Source of the DNA: Eledone cirrhosa
Lineage: Eukaryota
Reading direction: 5' to 3'
NCBI GenBank assembly: GCA_964016885.1
Contig: OZ024743.1
Coordinates: forward strand, 229,400,001 to 229,464,000
DNA length: 64,000 nucleotides
Below, piece after piece: positions 25,961 through 39,238 of this stretch; positions within the stretch are counted from its first letter, which is position 1; every line of letters starts with the position of its first letter. The notes under the pieces were generated by a model. The model did not search any database. It worked only from the letters and a program-made list of their open reading frames with translations, and was not told where the DNA came from. A program made the position numbers and the translations under genes.

Positions 25961-27194
25961 GAAATATGGCAACAGAAGAGTTAAACTAGGTAGTCAAATT
26001 GTTTACTTAATACATCATTATAGAAACTAAGTGATTTGTTGAACTGTCTCATTAGTTAAACTAGGAAGTCTTACGATACACTCGAGTAATTACAAATATA
26101 TCGTATCCTGTTCACTAAACACTGGTCACAATTTATACAAGATATATTAAATTCTTCTTACGAACTTTACTCGAATGGACGATTGAATTCTGCGTTGATC
26201 AATATAAAATTAAGAAATTAAACTTAATTCATCTAATTCTCCATCGAACTAGATTTGTAATAAAACGATAGTCACTAGAATTGGCAGACTATTTAAAGCC
26301 TGCGCCTGTATAAATAATACGCAAGGCCCGTTAAAGATTTTAGCCAGAGGCCTTGTGCAAGTTTAATCCGCCCCTGTGTGTCGACAGGAATACAACTGAA
26401 ATATATATCTGCAGTGGTGCATTGTGCTGTGGGTTATCATGTTTCAGGTACTCATATTAGGTAGTGGAGAAATGAAAAGATTTTTAGAAAGTTACATAGA
26501 GAGCTGAAGAGAGTATGGAAAGTGTAGTAGTAGAAACAAAATGGTGGAAAGATGACTTTAATATAATCTAGTTATAATCAATAATTTGACCTTTGTTCGG
26601 TTAGTTATTAACGCGAAAACTTGGATTTTGTTTAGTATCACTGAGTAGGAAGGAGAAGGGTAGCACCTATAATGATAGATGAAGGATGCGAAGAATTCAT
26701 GAGTTATATACAAACTAAAAGTCTGGGCTGAATGCTTGAAATGAAATTTACAGTTTACATTTATGAACGTTTAACTGGCCTCCTACTAGGTTGTATCTCA
26801 CAGAGGTTTTTCAGGTGTTTAATGATAAGGGGCCCTCAGTCATATAATGAAAATTAACGTGAGAGGAAGTGTCATACTCAAAGACACAATGTGTCTTCCG
26901 GTCGAGGAACTGAGTCCATGACATGATCGTGTATCCAACACTTTAACCAGAAGGCCACGCTCATTCACTTTTAAAGGCATGGGGTAACTAGTACTACACT
27001 ACCTATACACCCGTCTGTTTTTAAGATTGCAAGATGTGTCAGGAAGGATATTTGGCTGCAAACTCTTGCAAGTCAAGCATCCATGTAAAGTCTCTCTCAT
27101 TAATTCACCACTTGAATCCTTGTAAGATAGCGAAATCGCTAAAGTCACTGAAACGACATCCTCCTAAATTGCAGGCCTTGTGCCTATATCAGAA

Positions 27195-27377
27195 ATTGGC
27201 AGTATCAGTAGAGGGTCGGACGCCATGCTTTCCAGCATAGTTACGTCCCTTTACGATCTGAGTTCAAATCCCGCCGAGGTTGACTTTGCCTTTCATCCTT
27301 ACGGGGTCGATAAAATAAAGTACCAGTAATGCACTGGGTATTTGCTGGTCTTGTGCCTAAAGTAGAAACAATTATTA
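27195..27377 (+). mobile_element. SINE family A, near full length
   Basis: Near-identical to 10301-10480 and 39551-39738. Confidence 0.9.
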
Positions 27378-28069
27378 ATATTTAGTTTGTTTGCTAGCAA
27401 ACAACATCATAAAAACCATGTATGTTTATTAATAATATTATATTATGATATTCTTACAATTATTAGTTACTCACGAATACAAAACTAATATATATATCCA
27501 TTTCACGGTGATTTGGAATGAGACGGAAATGTGGTTTCTATTTCTAGTTGGTCGAGTGATTACGGCAACGTCTCCTACAGCCATTGATATATCTGGAACA
27601 ATAGATATTTATGTCTATATGTTCACTCCTTGCCATACCATAACCCTACACATAAAAAATTGACCACTGGTGGAGTGGTTCGAAATACAGTAAACAATAC
27701 GTCTGATTTTTGTATAGGAAGTGTAATTATATTCTATATGTATACTATACAGACGCACAATTAATGATGTTGAACGGCTCAACATTAAATTGGTTAAGAC
27801 ATTTTCCAGTTGTTTGTTCAATCAAGTAGCCATAAATGATGAACTGCACACTAATTACATACATATAGTCAATAAACTCAATATTATTCTTAAACATTGA
27901 ATCTGTCACATATTCTCTTTCACTTTCTCTCACCATTCTATCTCTCTCCCTCTATACGCCACACACACATGCATGTAAATAGATTGATAAATATATATAA
28001 ATATACATACACACTTAAACACATTCATTATTAGAAGCGAAATCTTTCAATTTTGGGTTTCTATTTATC

Positions 28070-28116
<47 letters not shown>

Positions 28117-28119
<3 letters not shown>

Positions 28120-28249
28120 GATATTAAATAAATGGAAACTATATTTATAAAACCATATTTATTTCATTATATATATTTCAGGGATATCATATTAACAATA
28201 TGTTATGCCTTCTTCAGACAAATATAGTTTCCATTTATTTAATATCGTA
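28117..28249. repeat. Inverted repeat of 30 bp next to (TA)n
   Basis: tacgatattaaataaatggaaactatattt ... aaatatagtttccatttatttaatatcgta. Confidence 0.85.
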
Positions 28250-28371
28250 AATATACTCCAAATACTTGTTGAGTGCTTTTATATCAGTTATAAATATTTA
28301 CTAGTTGTAACCAAACAATTTAAATATAACTTTCCATATATATATATATATATATATATGTAAATATATAC

Positions 28372-28447
<76 letters not shown>

Positions 28448-28506
28448 ATATATATATACGTATATATATATACATATATATATATACATATATATATCAT
28501 GTATAC

Positions 28507-28640
<134 letters not shown>

Positions 28641-28673
28641 TGATAAATGTGTGAGATCCTTGGTACAGTTAGG

Positions 28674-28895
28674 TATATTTGAAAAAAAGGAAAAGAATGA
28701 CTTCACTTGTAGTGTTAAATAATTTGATTTAATTTTATATTATAATATTATGAGTTGGTAGATTTAGTAAGTTCTTTGTTAACTTCGGTGGGAAGAATTT
28801 TAAAGATACCTGGTTAACTTTTGGAGAAAGTTCTCCAGCAAAAGTTAACCAGGAATCTACAAGTGAACTCGTTCTTTTCCTTTTTTTCAAATATA
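28674..28895. repeat. Inverted repeat of about 39 bp with an internal hairpin
   Basis: tatatttgaaaaaaaggaaaagaatgacttcacttgtag / ctacaagtgaactcgttcttttcctttttttcaaatata; inner hairpin cctggttaactttt-ggagaa..ttctcc..aaaagttaaccagg (28809-28853). Confidence 0.85.
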
Positions 28896-28900
28896 TATAT

Positions 28901-28973
<73 letters not shown>

Positions 28974-29003
28974 CATACATACATATATATATACACACAC
29001 ACA

Positions 29004-29039
<36 letters not shown>

Positions 29040-29392
29040 AAAAAGTAGTTGAAAATGCAATTGGAGTCTTTAAGAGGGTTTATTTACAATATACTATTAC
29101 TTTACTTACAACTTTTATTATTTTCAAAGGTTAAGACAGATGAAAAGATATGTGGCTATGCCGACTCATTACTCGCATCTAACTGATGTTGGTAATATAT
29201 TTCAATTTTATACAATCCGATTCACAATTCCGGCGTGTAGTTGGTGGAAGGATGTGTGAACGCGTATATACATATGTTCACGCGCTCATACTCATGAATA
29301 CGCACACAAATAGACATATCTATATGTGTACACGAGCATACACTTGTATCCCTGTGTACGCACTCATGCATATCTGTGCGCGTGTGTATGTT

Positions 29393-29436
<44 letters not shown>

Positions 29437-29439
<3 letters not shown>

Positions 29440-29760
29440 GGTAAAGACGCCCCTTCGGTCATGAATGACCACGGGATTTGCACCTAGATAGTTCCGCTCC
29501 GGGGCACAAGTCCGGGCAAGGTTGTTTGTGGAAGACCAGCAGGCGCCCATACATACCAATCTACCTTCTACACGCCACCGATATTGTCCAAGGGAAAGGG
29601 AAAGGCCGATACATCTTCGCACTTGTGACGCCGCAATTCATTGTAAACTGGAAATAAAGTGTCTTGCTCAAGAACACAAGTCAAAGCCAAGTCTGAGAAT
29701 CGAACTCACATTTTCATGATTATAAGCCTGACACTCTAACCATTAAGCCATGCGCCTTCA
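29437..29760 (-). mobile_element. Full-length tRNA/CORE-like SINE with hairpin 3' end
   Basis: Minus strand: gaaggcgcatggcttaatggttagag (A box), gagttcgattc (B box), gtgttcttgagcaagacactttatttc, end ggtcattcatgaccgaagggcgtctttacccc. Confidence 0.85.
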
Positions 29761-29905
29761 TATATACATGCATACACATATATACACATATATATACACA
29801 TGCATCTATATATAATTATATACGCATACGTATGGGTATGTATACATATGTTTGCACTTCAAAACGAAGTGTTGTGGTGTCGTTCATGTATATGCATATA
29901 CATGA

Positions 29906-30283
29906 AATGAACGACACTACAACACTTCGTTTTGAAAATTTTGAAAGTAGGTTTATAAGTATGAATTTTCATAAGAATTTCGTAGTTGTGTCTGTGGCCT
30001 AGCGGTAGATATTAGAGACGATGGGCATCCTGGCTTTGGGTTCAATCCTGGTCAAGACGTACATGCAATTTTTTTCAGTTTTTATTTTACAATCAATAGA
30101 AAAAAAAACTGAAAAAGTTTACCGGGAACCTTTCTCTCGACCAGGATCGAACTTCAGACCAGGATCACCACCGTCTATGACTCCTCCAGCTAGGCCACCG
30201 AGACAGCTACAAAAGTATAATGAACATTGATAATTATAAACCTACTTTCAAAATCAAAGTTAAAAAGATGTGGTGTCGTTCAT
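29906..30283. repeat. Diverged fold-back element with a tRNA-like A/B-box unit and T-run in each arm
   Basis: Arms share ttttgaaagtaggtttataa and atgaacgacac ends. Left arm: gtggcctagcggt..gggttcaatcctggtcaagac..ttttttt. Right arm (minus): gtggcctagctgg..gttcgatcctggtcgaga..ttttt. Confidence 0.75.
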
Positions 30284-30534
30284 GGCTTTCCTATAGCTAT
30301 TAGTAATATTTAGGGTCGACTTCTAGTTATTATTGAAAGTCTCTGGATTTCGCATATTTTTTATTGGAGAAGGTAAGATATTTTTCTGCAAAAATTTCAT
30401 TGCACTATTTTCTTTCCACTTATGTATTTTTCGAAAATGTTATTTATTCATTATAAAAATTAAATGATAGCATTCTATATGTAGGTGGGCCTCCTTCATC
30501 TCCTGGCAACCAATATTTCAGAGCCAGTCCACCA

Positions 30535-30587
<53 letters not shown>

Positions 30588-30606
30588 GTATATATATAAA
30601 TGTATA

Positions 30607-30685
<79 letters not shown>

Positions 30686-30741
30686 GTGAGGTTTATTTTT
30701 ACAAAATGAAAAATAACACAGGTATCCTACACGAGTGAAAG

Positions 30742-30976
30742 TATAAAGAAAAAAAGATGAAATCGGAAATGCAACTGGAGTTTTATTTTAAAAAATATAT
30801 ATATTTATTTGGTTCCTTTACCGGTCTGATGTGAGAAAAACCACAGACCCTCCATCTCAACTCTACTTTTGAAAAGCAGAAGAACTGCGAAAGCGGTAAA
30901 GGAACCAAATAACTATATATATTTTTTTAAAATAAGATTCCAGCTGCATTTTCGATTTCATCTTTTTATCTTTATA
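30742..30976. repeat. Fold-back repeat (arms of about 80 bp) with a degenerate hammerhead; third partial arm at 30981-31025
   Basis: Arms 30742-30823 and 30894-30976; ttgaaaa-gcag-aagaa-ctgc-GAAA-gcgg-TA-aagg at 30869-30902. Confidence 0.8.
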
Positions 30977-31159
30977 TATATATAAAGAAAAAAAGATGAA
31001 ATCGAAAATGCAACTGGACTCTTATACAGATGCATCACTGATTTTTCGTTTTCTTTATACTATCCACACTCTACTCTGCTGAATATTGAGTGCTAATTTT
31101 GGCATACCGCCTATGGAAGCATCATAGCTACCATGATACACAACTATATATATATATAT

Positions 31160-31444
31160 GCTTTCACCGTATTTTAGACTAAAGAAATTTCTAGCCTGAT
31201 AGTGGGGTTGATAACCCTCGGAGAAATGGAAAAAGATGAGTGTTGCCGTACATGGGAGTCGAACCCACATTTTTGGTTATCCAGACCACTGTGCTACCAT
31301 TACACCAATACACAGTGGTCTGGATAACCAAAGATGTGGGCTCGACTCTCATGTACGGCAACACTCATCTTTTTCCATTTCTCCGAGGGTTATAAACCCC
31401 ACTATCAGGCTAGAAATTTCTTTAGTCTAAAATACGGCGAAAGC
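31160..31444. repeat. Near-perfect palindrome (134-bp arms) centred on a tRNA-like sequence
   Basis: Arms 31160-31293 and 31311-31444 with few mismatches; the spacer is the tRNA D-arm region. Confidence 0.95.
31244..31311 (-). tRNA. tRNA-like cloverleaf lacking its first 3 nt (anticodon position GGA, short variable loop); pseudo-tRNA
   Basis: gtat-tg-gtgt-aatggta-gcac-a-gtggt-ctGGAta-accaa-aaat-gtggg-ttcgact-cccat-gtacggc-a, with ttttt about 10 nt downstream. Confidence 0.65.
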
Positions 31445-31562
31445 TTATAATTTCTAATTTCTAATTTCAAACTCGCGCACCGTTTCAAAAACATACTTAC
31501 ATGTTTACGTTTATAATTTGCTTGTTTATATATATATATATCATTATTATTATTATTATTAT

Positions 31563-31637
31563 TACGGGGTCGATAAAATAAAGTACCAGTAATGTACTGG
31601 GTAATTGCTGGTCTTGTGCCAAAAGTAGAAACAATTA
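31563..31637 (+). mobile_element. SINE family A, 3' fragment
   Basis: tacggggtcgataaaataaagtaccagtaatgtactgggtaattgctggtcttgtgccaaaagtagaaac. Confidence 0.85.
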
Positions 31638-31638
31638 G

Positions 31639-31751
<113 letters not shown>

Positions 31752-31822
31752 AATAATAATTTTGAAGACTAAAATCCAAAGTGGGCTCGATAAGGATAAA
31801 TATATAAGAACGGTAGAGCAAA

Positions 31823-32341
31823 GATTTATTAAAATAACAGATTAAAGTTTAAGCAAAGAATCGCTGCTTTCACACTTAACGGGATCTTCTGAAACTAAAA
31901 AATTTAATCTCTGAATGCAGAAGTAAATATTACAAAAAACGTTGCAACTGTAGGAAGACAGGAAGACGATACTTTGGTTCGTGGAAACGATCCCTGGCAA
32001 AGAACGTAAAAAAACGCCATTATATGGAGCGGTGAGAACAATTACATGCAAAAACAAAACCACGTAAATGGTATAACTGAAGTCGTAGACTAAAATTCTA
32101 TTTAGGAAACCGAATGATTCTCGGCTTCAGCGTTAAGAATAAAGTAAATAAAATACAGAGGTAATTGAAATTAAATAATACATACACGCATCCAATACGT
32201 ACATACACAAGCATACGCGAAAACACTCGCCATGGGTATGCAGATACAAGCACGTACACACAAAAAAAACACACGCATGCCTGTACCCGCACACATACGA
32301 GCGTATACACCAAATACACATAAAAATATATTTAAAAAAAA

Positions 32342-32372
<31 letters not shown>

Positions 32373-33792
32373 CGTGTATACATATAATTAAATAAACGTA
32401 TATAAATATACACACATAACTGCGTATAAAACGCGCACACACATACCTACATGTAAATACACATTTGTTCGCAGACGTATGTCAACCAGAACACAAAGTA
32501 CACATATACACACACCCTACATACGTACGAACCCGCATACTCACACAGACGCAAAACTCACGTATACACCTAACCAAATGCACATGTACCAGTATATATA
32601 ATATATACGCCATAACATATACAAGCAAATATACGTACGAGAAAGTATACGTACCTTCACAAAACATACAGGTAATATATACTTACCTATACAAATAAGT
32701 AATGGTATAAACATAGCATATACTTAGCTCCCACATCAAGACGTAATATATCCGCGTATAGTTCGTACTATCCATTTAGGGTATAATGTGGGGCTGCAAT
32801 ACAGGAAAGTTTTGTGCAATTTATGTTTACAAGCCGAAATTGCCTCAGATTTTTTGTTTAAGATGTGGTCTTTGGTGTAGAGTATTTCCAGGGCCTCAGC
32901 GGCGTAGAGGTCACATGGTCTTTTATTTCCGTTATACGATCTAGCCTTAGCTAGGATCTCCCAGTGTAACTTATATTGGGTGTGGTTGTCTTTTAGACTC
33001 CAGATATAAGCTGAAAGTGACGTCTATTCCTTCTTAAAGGGTTAAGAAAAGAATGGGTATGCATGTAAAGACGCTGCTTGAATCTATTGGCGGTTAACCC
33101 TACGTAGGCCCTACGGGACGTGGTGTTTCAACCTTACATTTGTAGACAATGTTACTAGAGAGGCATTTCTCGGATAGGGGGCAGTCAACCCGATTCCTAC
33201 AATTACAGTTAGTACCAGCTATAGGGTTGCACGTGTTCCTACGGCTAGGTAATTTGAAGCTGTGATGTTACGTGCAAAGTTGGCAGTCTATATGTATTAT
33301 TTAATTTCAATTACCTCTGTATTTCATTTACTTTATTCTTAACCCTGAAGCCGAGAATCATTCGGTTTCGTAAGTCTACGACTTCAGTTATACCATTTAC
33401 GTGGTTTTGTCTTTGCGTGTAATTGTTCTCACCGCTCCACATAATGACGTATTATCTTCGTTTTTTTCGTTCATTGCCAGAGAACGTTTCCACGAACCAC
33501 CTACTAGAATATTAGTCTACGACTTCATTTATACCATAAACGTGGTTTTGTCTTTGCGTGTAAATGTTTTTACCGCTCCAAATAATGACGTATTATCTTC
33601 GTTTTTTTTCGTTCTTTGCCAGGGAACGTTTCCACGAACCAAAGTATCGTCTTCCTGTCTTCCTTCGAATGCAACGTTTTTTGAAATATTTACTTCGGCA
33701 TTCACAGATTGATTTTTTAGTTTCAGAAGATCCCGTAAAGGGTGAAAGCAGCAAGTCTTTGCTTAAACTTTAATCTGTTATTTTAATAAATA
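31823..33792 (-). mobile_element. 5'-truncated PLE with inverted pseudo-LTRs (31823-32185 and 33290-33792)
   Basis: 32780-33290 minus, frameshifted: NCNCRNRVDCP..EKCLSSNIVYKC..AYVGLTANRFKQR..SAYIWSLKD..LHWEILAKARSY..PCDL..LNKKSEAISACKH. The flanking repeats are reverse complements; the right one has an internal duplication of about 140 bp. Confidence 0.9.
33719..33769 (+). ncRNA. Hammerhead-like motif with CAGAAGA core; second copy at 31846-31896 (-)
   Basis: agttt-CAGAAGA-t-ccc-gtaaa-ggg-t-GAAA-gca-gcaagtctt-tgc-TT-aaact, about 15 nt upstream of AATAAA at the element end. Confidence 0.6.
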
Positions 33793-34244
33793 TATATATA
33801 TATATATATATAATCTGTATGTATGATCCGTATCTATGTATGTGTAGCTCATCCTATAAATTATAAGTCTAGAGTTAAATGTACATATTTTTAGTTTTCT
33901 AAAACTCGACGACTTTCAGGATGGATGATGTTTGCGTGTCGTAAATATATATGTGGAGCGTCTGTCGCACACACTCACACACATACACACACACCCACAC
34001 CCCGCACTCACACACTTATAAATATATACAGACACAAACACACTCACACACATACACACACACACACACACATGCACACACTAATAAATATATACAGACA
34101 CAAACACACACATGCACGTATATATATATATACGATCACATCTCTCTCTTACACGCACACATACGCACACACAAACACACACAAACAGACACATACACAC
34201 ATATATGATCACATCTCTCTCATACACGCGCACACCCACACCCG

Positions 34245-34337
<93 letters not shown>

Positions 34338-34751
34338 GATCACATCTCTCTCATACACACACACATTCATACACATTCACACACACATTCACATACACAC
34401 ATATGTATATATATATATAGTTGTGTAGGATACATGCCGGATGTATGTGGCAGACACTTTAACCAGTGAGTCAACATAACTTTTACCTGATGATATATCT
34501 CTATTTGCGAACGTAAATCTCCTCGTGAAGACTTTGATCTTAAAATCTAAATACGTATGTCTGTGTAAATGCTGGTGTAAAGTCTACGTGTGTTTATGTC
34601 TGTCTATATGGGCCTCTCTATGCATGAGTATGTATATGTTTTTATGCCTGTATATGTCTGTACGTATATGAACAGTGCGACTGTTGAATATGTGCGTGCG
34701 AGAAAAAAAAGTGAAAGCAATGATGAGAAAGGGTGAGAGAGAGAAAGAGAG

Positions 34752-34833
<82 letters not shown>

Positions 34834-34933
34834 TATGTGTAAATGTTTGTATATGTGTCTGGTCTGCTATTTACAGCTAGGCGAGCGTCGGTAAGTATAT
34901 GCATACATGTATGTATGTATATATATATATGTG

Positions 34934-34993
<60 letters not shown>

Positions 34994-36000
34994 TTATTTA
35001 TATGTGTGTGTGTGTAAATGTGTGTGTGTGTATGTGTGTGTGTGTGTATGTGCGCGCGCGTGTGTGTGTGTGTGCGCGCATGTGTGTGATATGTTCTTTT
35101 TCAATTCCTTGAATTTTTGTGACACAAAAAGGGGACTGGTTACTTGTTAAGAATGAAAGCTCCGGCATAGGAATTCAGATAAGAACCGCAAAGAGTTTCT
35201 CGGAGAAATTTAGAAAAGTTTTGCAAAATTCACTGTTCCTCTTAAAAATAGAAGTTTCAGAATTTTACTGAAGGAATTTACTGAACTATTTGCAGCTGCC
35301 CGTCCCCTACTGGAAACCGGTGGGTGTAATGTTAATGATGTTTAGGTAGACCAATGCAAGAAAGACATATGCATAGAGAGTGCATGGAAAGTGTTCCTGG
35401 GGATGTGATGTTCTGAGGAGAATGAACTATGTGTAGTAGTTAGCACGGAGCGATGTGAGAAGAAGAGAGACGTGAGAGATTGGAGTGCTTGAGTGGAGGT
35501 GGCACAAAATCAGGCAGCTCTGTGAAGCAAAATTTATTGCAGAGTGTGCCTTTCTCCCTTTCTCTCTTCTGAAAATCATAGCTTTTCTAGACAAGTTATC
35601 AAATACACAATAACATGATGGAATCTAAGTCTAAAGTCTGTCTCAGGGTCGAAAGTTCATTGCATCTGTGCTTATCCAAATGTCCTTTGTGTTGAGCGAC
35701 TGAGAGTACGGGACTCGCCACTGGACAAGACACTAGTCTGTCACAGGATTAAACTCCCAGCTACTGCTGGTACTCCCTTTCAGCTGAGTATACTGGACCA
35801 CAACATACAACCCTGCCCAGGAATTGAACTCATGACATCATGATCGTACATCGAACACCTTAACCACCCTCTTCCACAACCTGATGGAGGTTGTCAATAA
35901 TTACAATAAAACATTTCAAAGCATCTAAACATAAATGTCCTCTACTTCCACTAATTTTGAGAGAAATGTTTATATTTATCTATGATAGATGCATGCGGAC

Positions 36001-36088
<88 letters not shown>

Positions 36089-36209
36089 TTGTATGTGTGC
36101 TTTTATGTATGCGTGTCTATATTTGTGCACGCGTGCGTCTGCATGCGTGTAGGTATGTATATATGTGTGTGTGTGTATAAATGTGCATGCATGTATGTAT
36201 TTATGTATG

Positions 36210-37145
36210 TTTCACTTTCTCTTAATTTCGAGTACATTTTTGACCGGCCACCTTCCTGGTGGCAAGGTGGTAAAAGAAAAGAAATTTTCATCTCTTGAAT
36301 TGCAAGAATTTTTTGCAAAATTTGAATGTGCCAGCTATCACAGCCATTTGTAATCTATGAATTAGGGAGCTGCGCTCTTTGCCCACAAATCCAAGTTCAG
36401 TCATACTTTGGTCCAAGTGGGTTGGTCTATAACCTGTAGCTCCAATAATGATGGGTATGAAGGTGAACGTGTATCTTGGATATTGGATCTGCAAACTCCT
36501 CATGAATGATCCGTAGATGTCCTCCTCTTGCATTTTTCTTACAAAGTTGACTTCAAATGGGCTGCTGATCTCTACAACAGAGCACATTTTCAATGTGTGG
36601 CCCAAACAACAATATGAGGCCGGTTGTGCTTTAATTTGGTGGCAGTTTTTATTTTCAGGTTCCACCAGTATTCTTTAGTGCCATTTATCTCAATATATTC
36701 CTCCTCATTCGTTTTTAATTTTGTTTTCCTAAGCTATCACATAGGGAGGTAGTAGTGAGACGACATTCTTTCGCAGTTGGCAACAATGTAGCTAACATCT
36801 TCGATCTTTGTTTTACAAAGCCTACATTTATTGTCGACTGATGGCCCTCCTCTTTTGTGTAGGAGATATTTTGTAGGGATTTCTTGTTTCCGTATTGCAC
36901 AGAGATATCCTTCCATGTGGGATGTCAGAAACTCCATGTCAGGCTTGTTGAATGATTTATCCCCTCCATGGTCTGTGTTTTTCGTCTCAGGTACCCATGC
37001 ACAACTTTCCTGTAAATTGGTCCATTTTTTAAATCTTGTTCGAGCATTGAATAGGATCTTCTAATGTCCCCGAGAGAGAGATTTATTCCATATCAGGCCT
37101 CTCCTCCCTATCAGTGTCTATCCTAATGATATTATTTCCTTCATT
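36210..37145 (-). mobile_element. R4/Dong-clade non-LTR retrotransposon 3' fragment (zinc knuckle and restriction-like endonuclease)
   Basis: LTSHMEGYLCAI..QEIPTKY...NKCRLCKTKIEDVSYIVANC..MSSHYYLP; CSVVEISSPFE...Y..FMRSLQIQYP.YTFTFIPIIIGATGY. Confidence 0.8.
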
Positions 37146-37149
37146 ATTT

Positions 37150-37262
37150 GTTCAAATCTCGCCGAGGTTAACTTTGCCTTTCATCCTTACGAGGTCGATA
37201 AAATAAAGTACCAGTAATACACTGGGATAATTGCTGGCCTTGTGCCCAAAGTAGAAACAAAT
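37150..37262 (+). mobile_element. SINE family A, 5'-truncated at the B box
   Basis: gttcaaatctcgccgaggttaactttgcctttcatcc...gtagaaac. Confidence 0.85.
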
Positions 37263-37869
37263 ATTTCCTTCTTGCATATAATATATAAGAAACCATTATT
37301 TCCTTCATGCTCATAAACCTGGGCAAGATAGTTGCTGACTTTTTTCTTCTGTTGAAGATGTTGCTTCAGTGTTACTATCTGGGTCTCGGATGATGTTAAT
37401 ATAGATTTTAGACCCCGGCCAACTTCCTTGCCTGAGAAATAGTGCCTATATGTATGTATGTATTGTATGTATGTATGTATGTATGTATGTATGTATGTAT
37501 GTAGGTATGTATGTATTTATGTATGTATGGATGTATTTATGTATGTATGCATGGATGGATGGATGGATGGATGGATGGATGGATGGATGGATGGATGGAT
37601 GGATGGATGGATGAGATATTTTGAAAGATGAAACAAGAGAAAGTGGTACAACTCTCAGAAGTCCTGGGGGACTGACAATTCATCCGACCTATTTTCTGAA
37701 TATCCTCTCTTACTTTTAACTGAAACAGATGCCAATTTCTGCCAATGATTTTCAACAAGTGATTTAGAGATATCGAATAATTTGACATTCGTACATGACA
37801 GACAGAGCACATATACTGTACAGCTTAGTGCGGCTCACCTACCCCGAATTAATTTCTTCATAACTTCCT

Positions 37870-38240
37870 TAATAATGCACATTTTTTATGAAGTTTTGCA
37901 GAAGCGTTTTCGAATATTTCACTTACGATTGTGTTGGTGAAATTAGAAACAGAAAAAAAAAATCATATTGTGTTTTTTAACAATCTCATTAATGCCTTCT
38001 TTACTGTACACATTCGATCTGTATTTGTAAATATAATAAACTCGGAAATGTTTTCATCATGCCTTCCAAATTCATGTTGATAATGAATAATATTAATCAG
38101 AATAATGTCGTATATTTTCTACAGAAACGCAATCTATAATTAGTAAGTGAGTACAAAATTTACTTTCATCTAGATAATCGTAATCTATATATTCGAAAAT
38201 CTATATCTGCAAAACTTCATTAAAGATATGCATTACTAAG
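37870..38240. mobile_element. Old MITE-like element with diverged inverted repeats
   Basis: taatgcac..atgaagttttgcaga..ttttcgaata vs tattcgaaaa..tctgcaaaacttcat..atgcatta. Confidence 0.55.
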
Positions 38241-38714
38241 AAATGCAGGTGATGGAGTATTAAATTGTAGTTATTTTACCCATAGTCTCTTTTACATATA
38301 ACAATCATATATACGCCGTACAATAGTTATAATTGTTTAGTGTCGTGGGAACTAACAGAAAAGTTATCATTTTTTCTTCTTAATTATCAATGCACTGTTC
38401 TCATAAGTTCATTTGCAAAGCTTTTTTTTTTTTTTTTTTATCTTAGAATCATTTATACATGCACTGCGATAATATACTAAAAAGTAAAAATACGTGAATG
38501 TTCATAAGAAATATATACTTCATTCACATATATAGAAAAATCCTCTAATATTTTGTAATATTTTCTTATTCTAAATTTACGAATATTTGTTTCTCGGTAG
38601 AAATACGAGTCAATGAAGGGATTGCAAGGATGGAAGGAAAAGCTAAATATATCTAACAGTAGAAAATAAGCATAGTTTATGAAGTAAATGTGAAGAGGAT
38701 GACAGCCATCTATT

Positions 38715-39238
38715 GGTCGGTGGTAAAAGAAGACCGTATTCCAGTGGAATGATTGTTGAATAATCTAATCCTTCTGTACAAGGGGGAAGGTGATCCGGTA
38801 GACTGTGGCTTATATAACGCAATTAAGTTATTGGAACATGTAATCAAGGTGTTGGAAAGAGTAACAGGACAAGGAAAAAAGTGAAGATTGATGAAATGCA
38901 GTATGGATTTCTGCATGGAGCCAACCAGCAGGAGACCCAGAGGTTAACTATGAGTAAGATGAATGGATAACATCCATGAGATTAGTTTGTCTCGCTTAGG
39001 GATGAAGCCGCATCAATTGGAGTTGTTTGCTTCTAATAAAACCCTATGGAAGGCGTGTTTGAAGACTCTGCTCCCTCGACCCTTCCAGGAATAAGTGAGA
39101 GAAGAAGAAGGAGAAGAAGAAGAAGAAGAAGAAGAAGAAGAAGAAGAAGAAGAAGAAGAAGAAGAAGAAGAAGAAGAAGAAGAAGAAGAAGAAGAAGAAG
39201 AAGAAGAAGAAGAAGAAGAAGAAGAAGAAGAAGAAGAA
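38715..39238 (+). mobile_element. RTE-clade fragments: RT N-terminal piece joined to a Rex3-like 3' end with (GAA)n tail
   Basis: IPVE*..LILLYKGEGD..DCGLYNAIKLLEHVIKVLERV..IDEMQYGF, then RRPRG..DNIHEISLSRLGMKP..LWKACLKTLLPRP and about 140 nt of (GAA)n. Confidence 0.8.

Noticed and set aside
34482-34520. tttac-CTGATGA...cGAA-c-gtaaa hammerhead-like string
   Set aside because: Stem II does not pair and stem III and the cleavage site are missing; likely chance.
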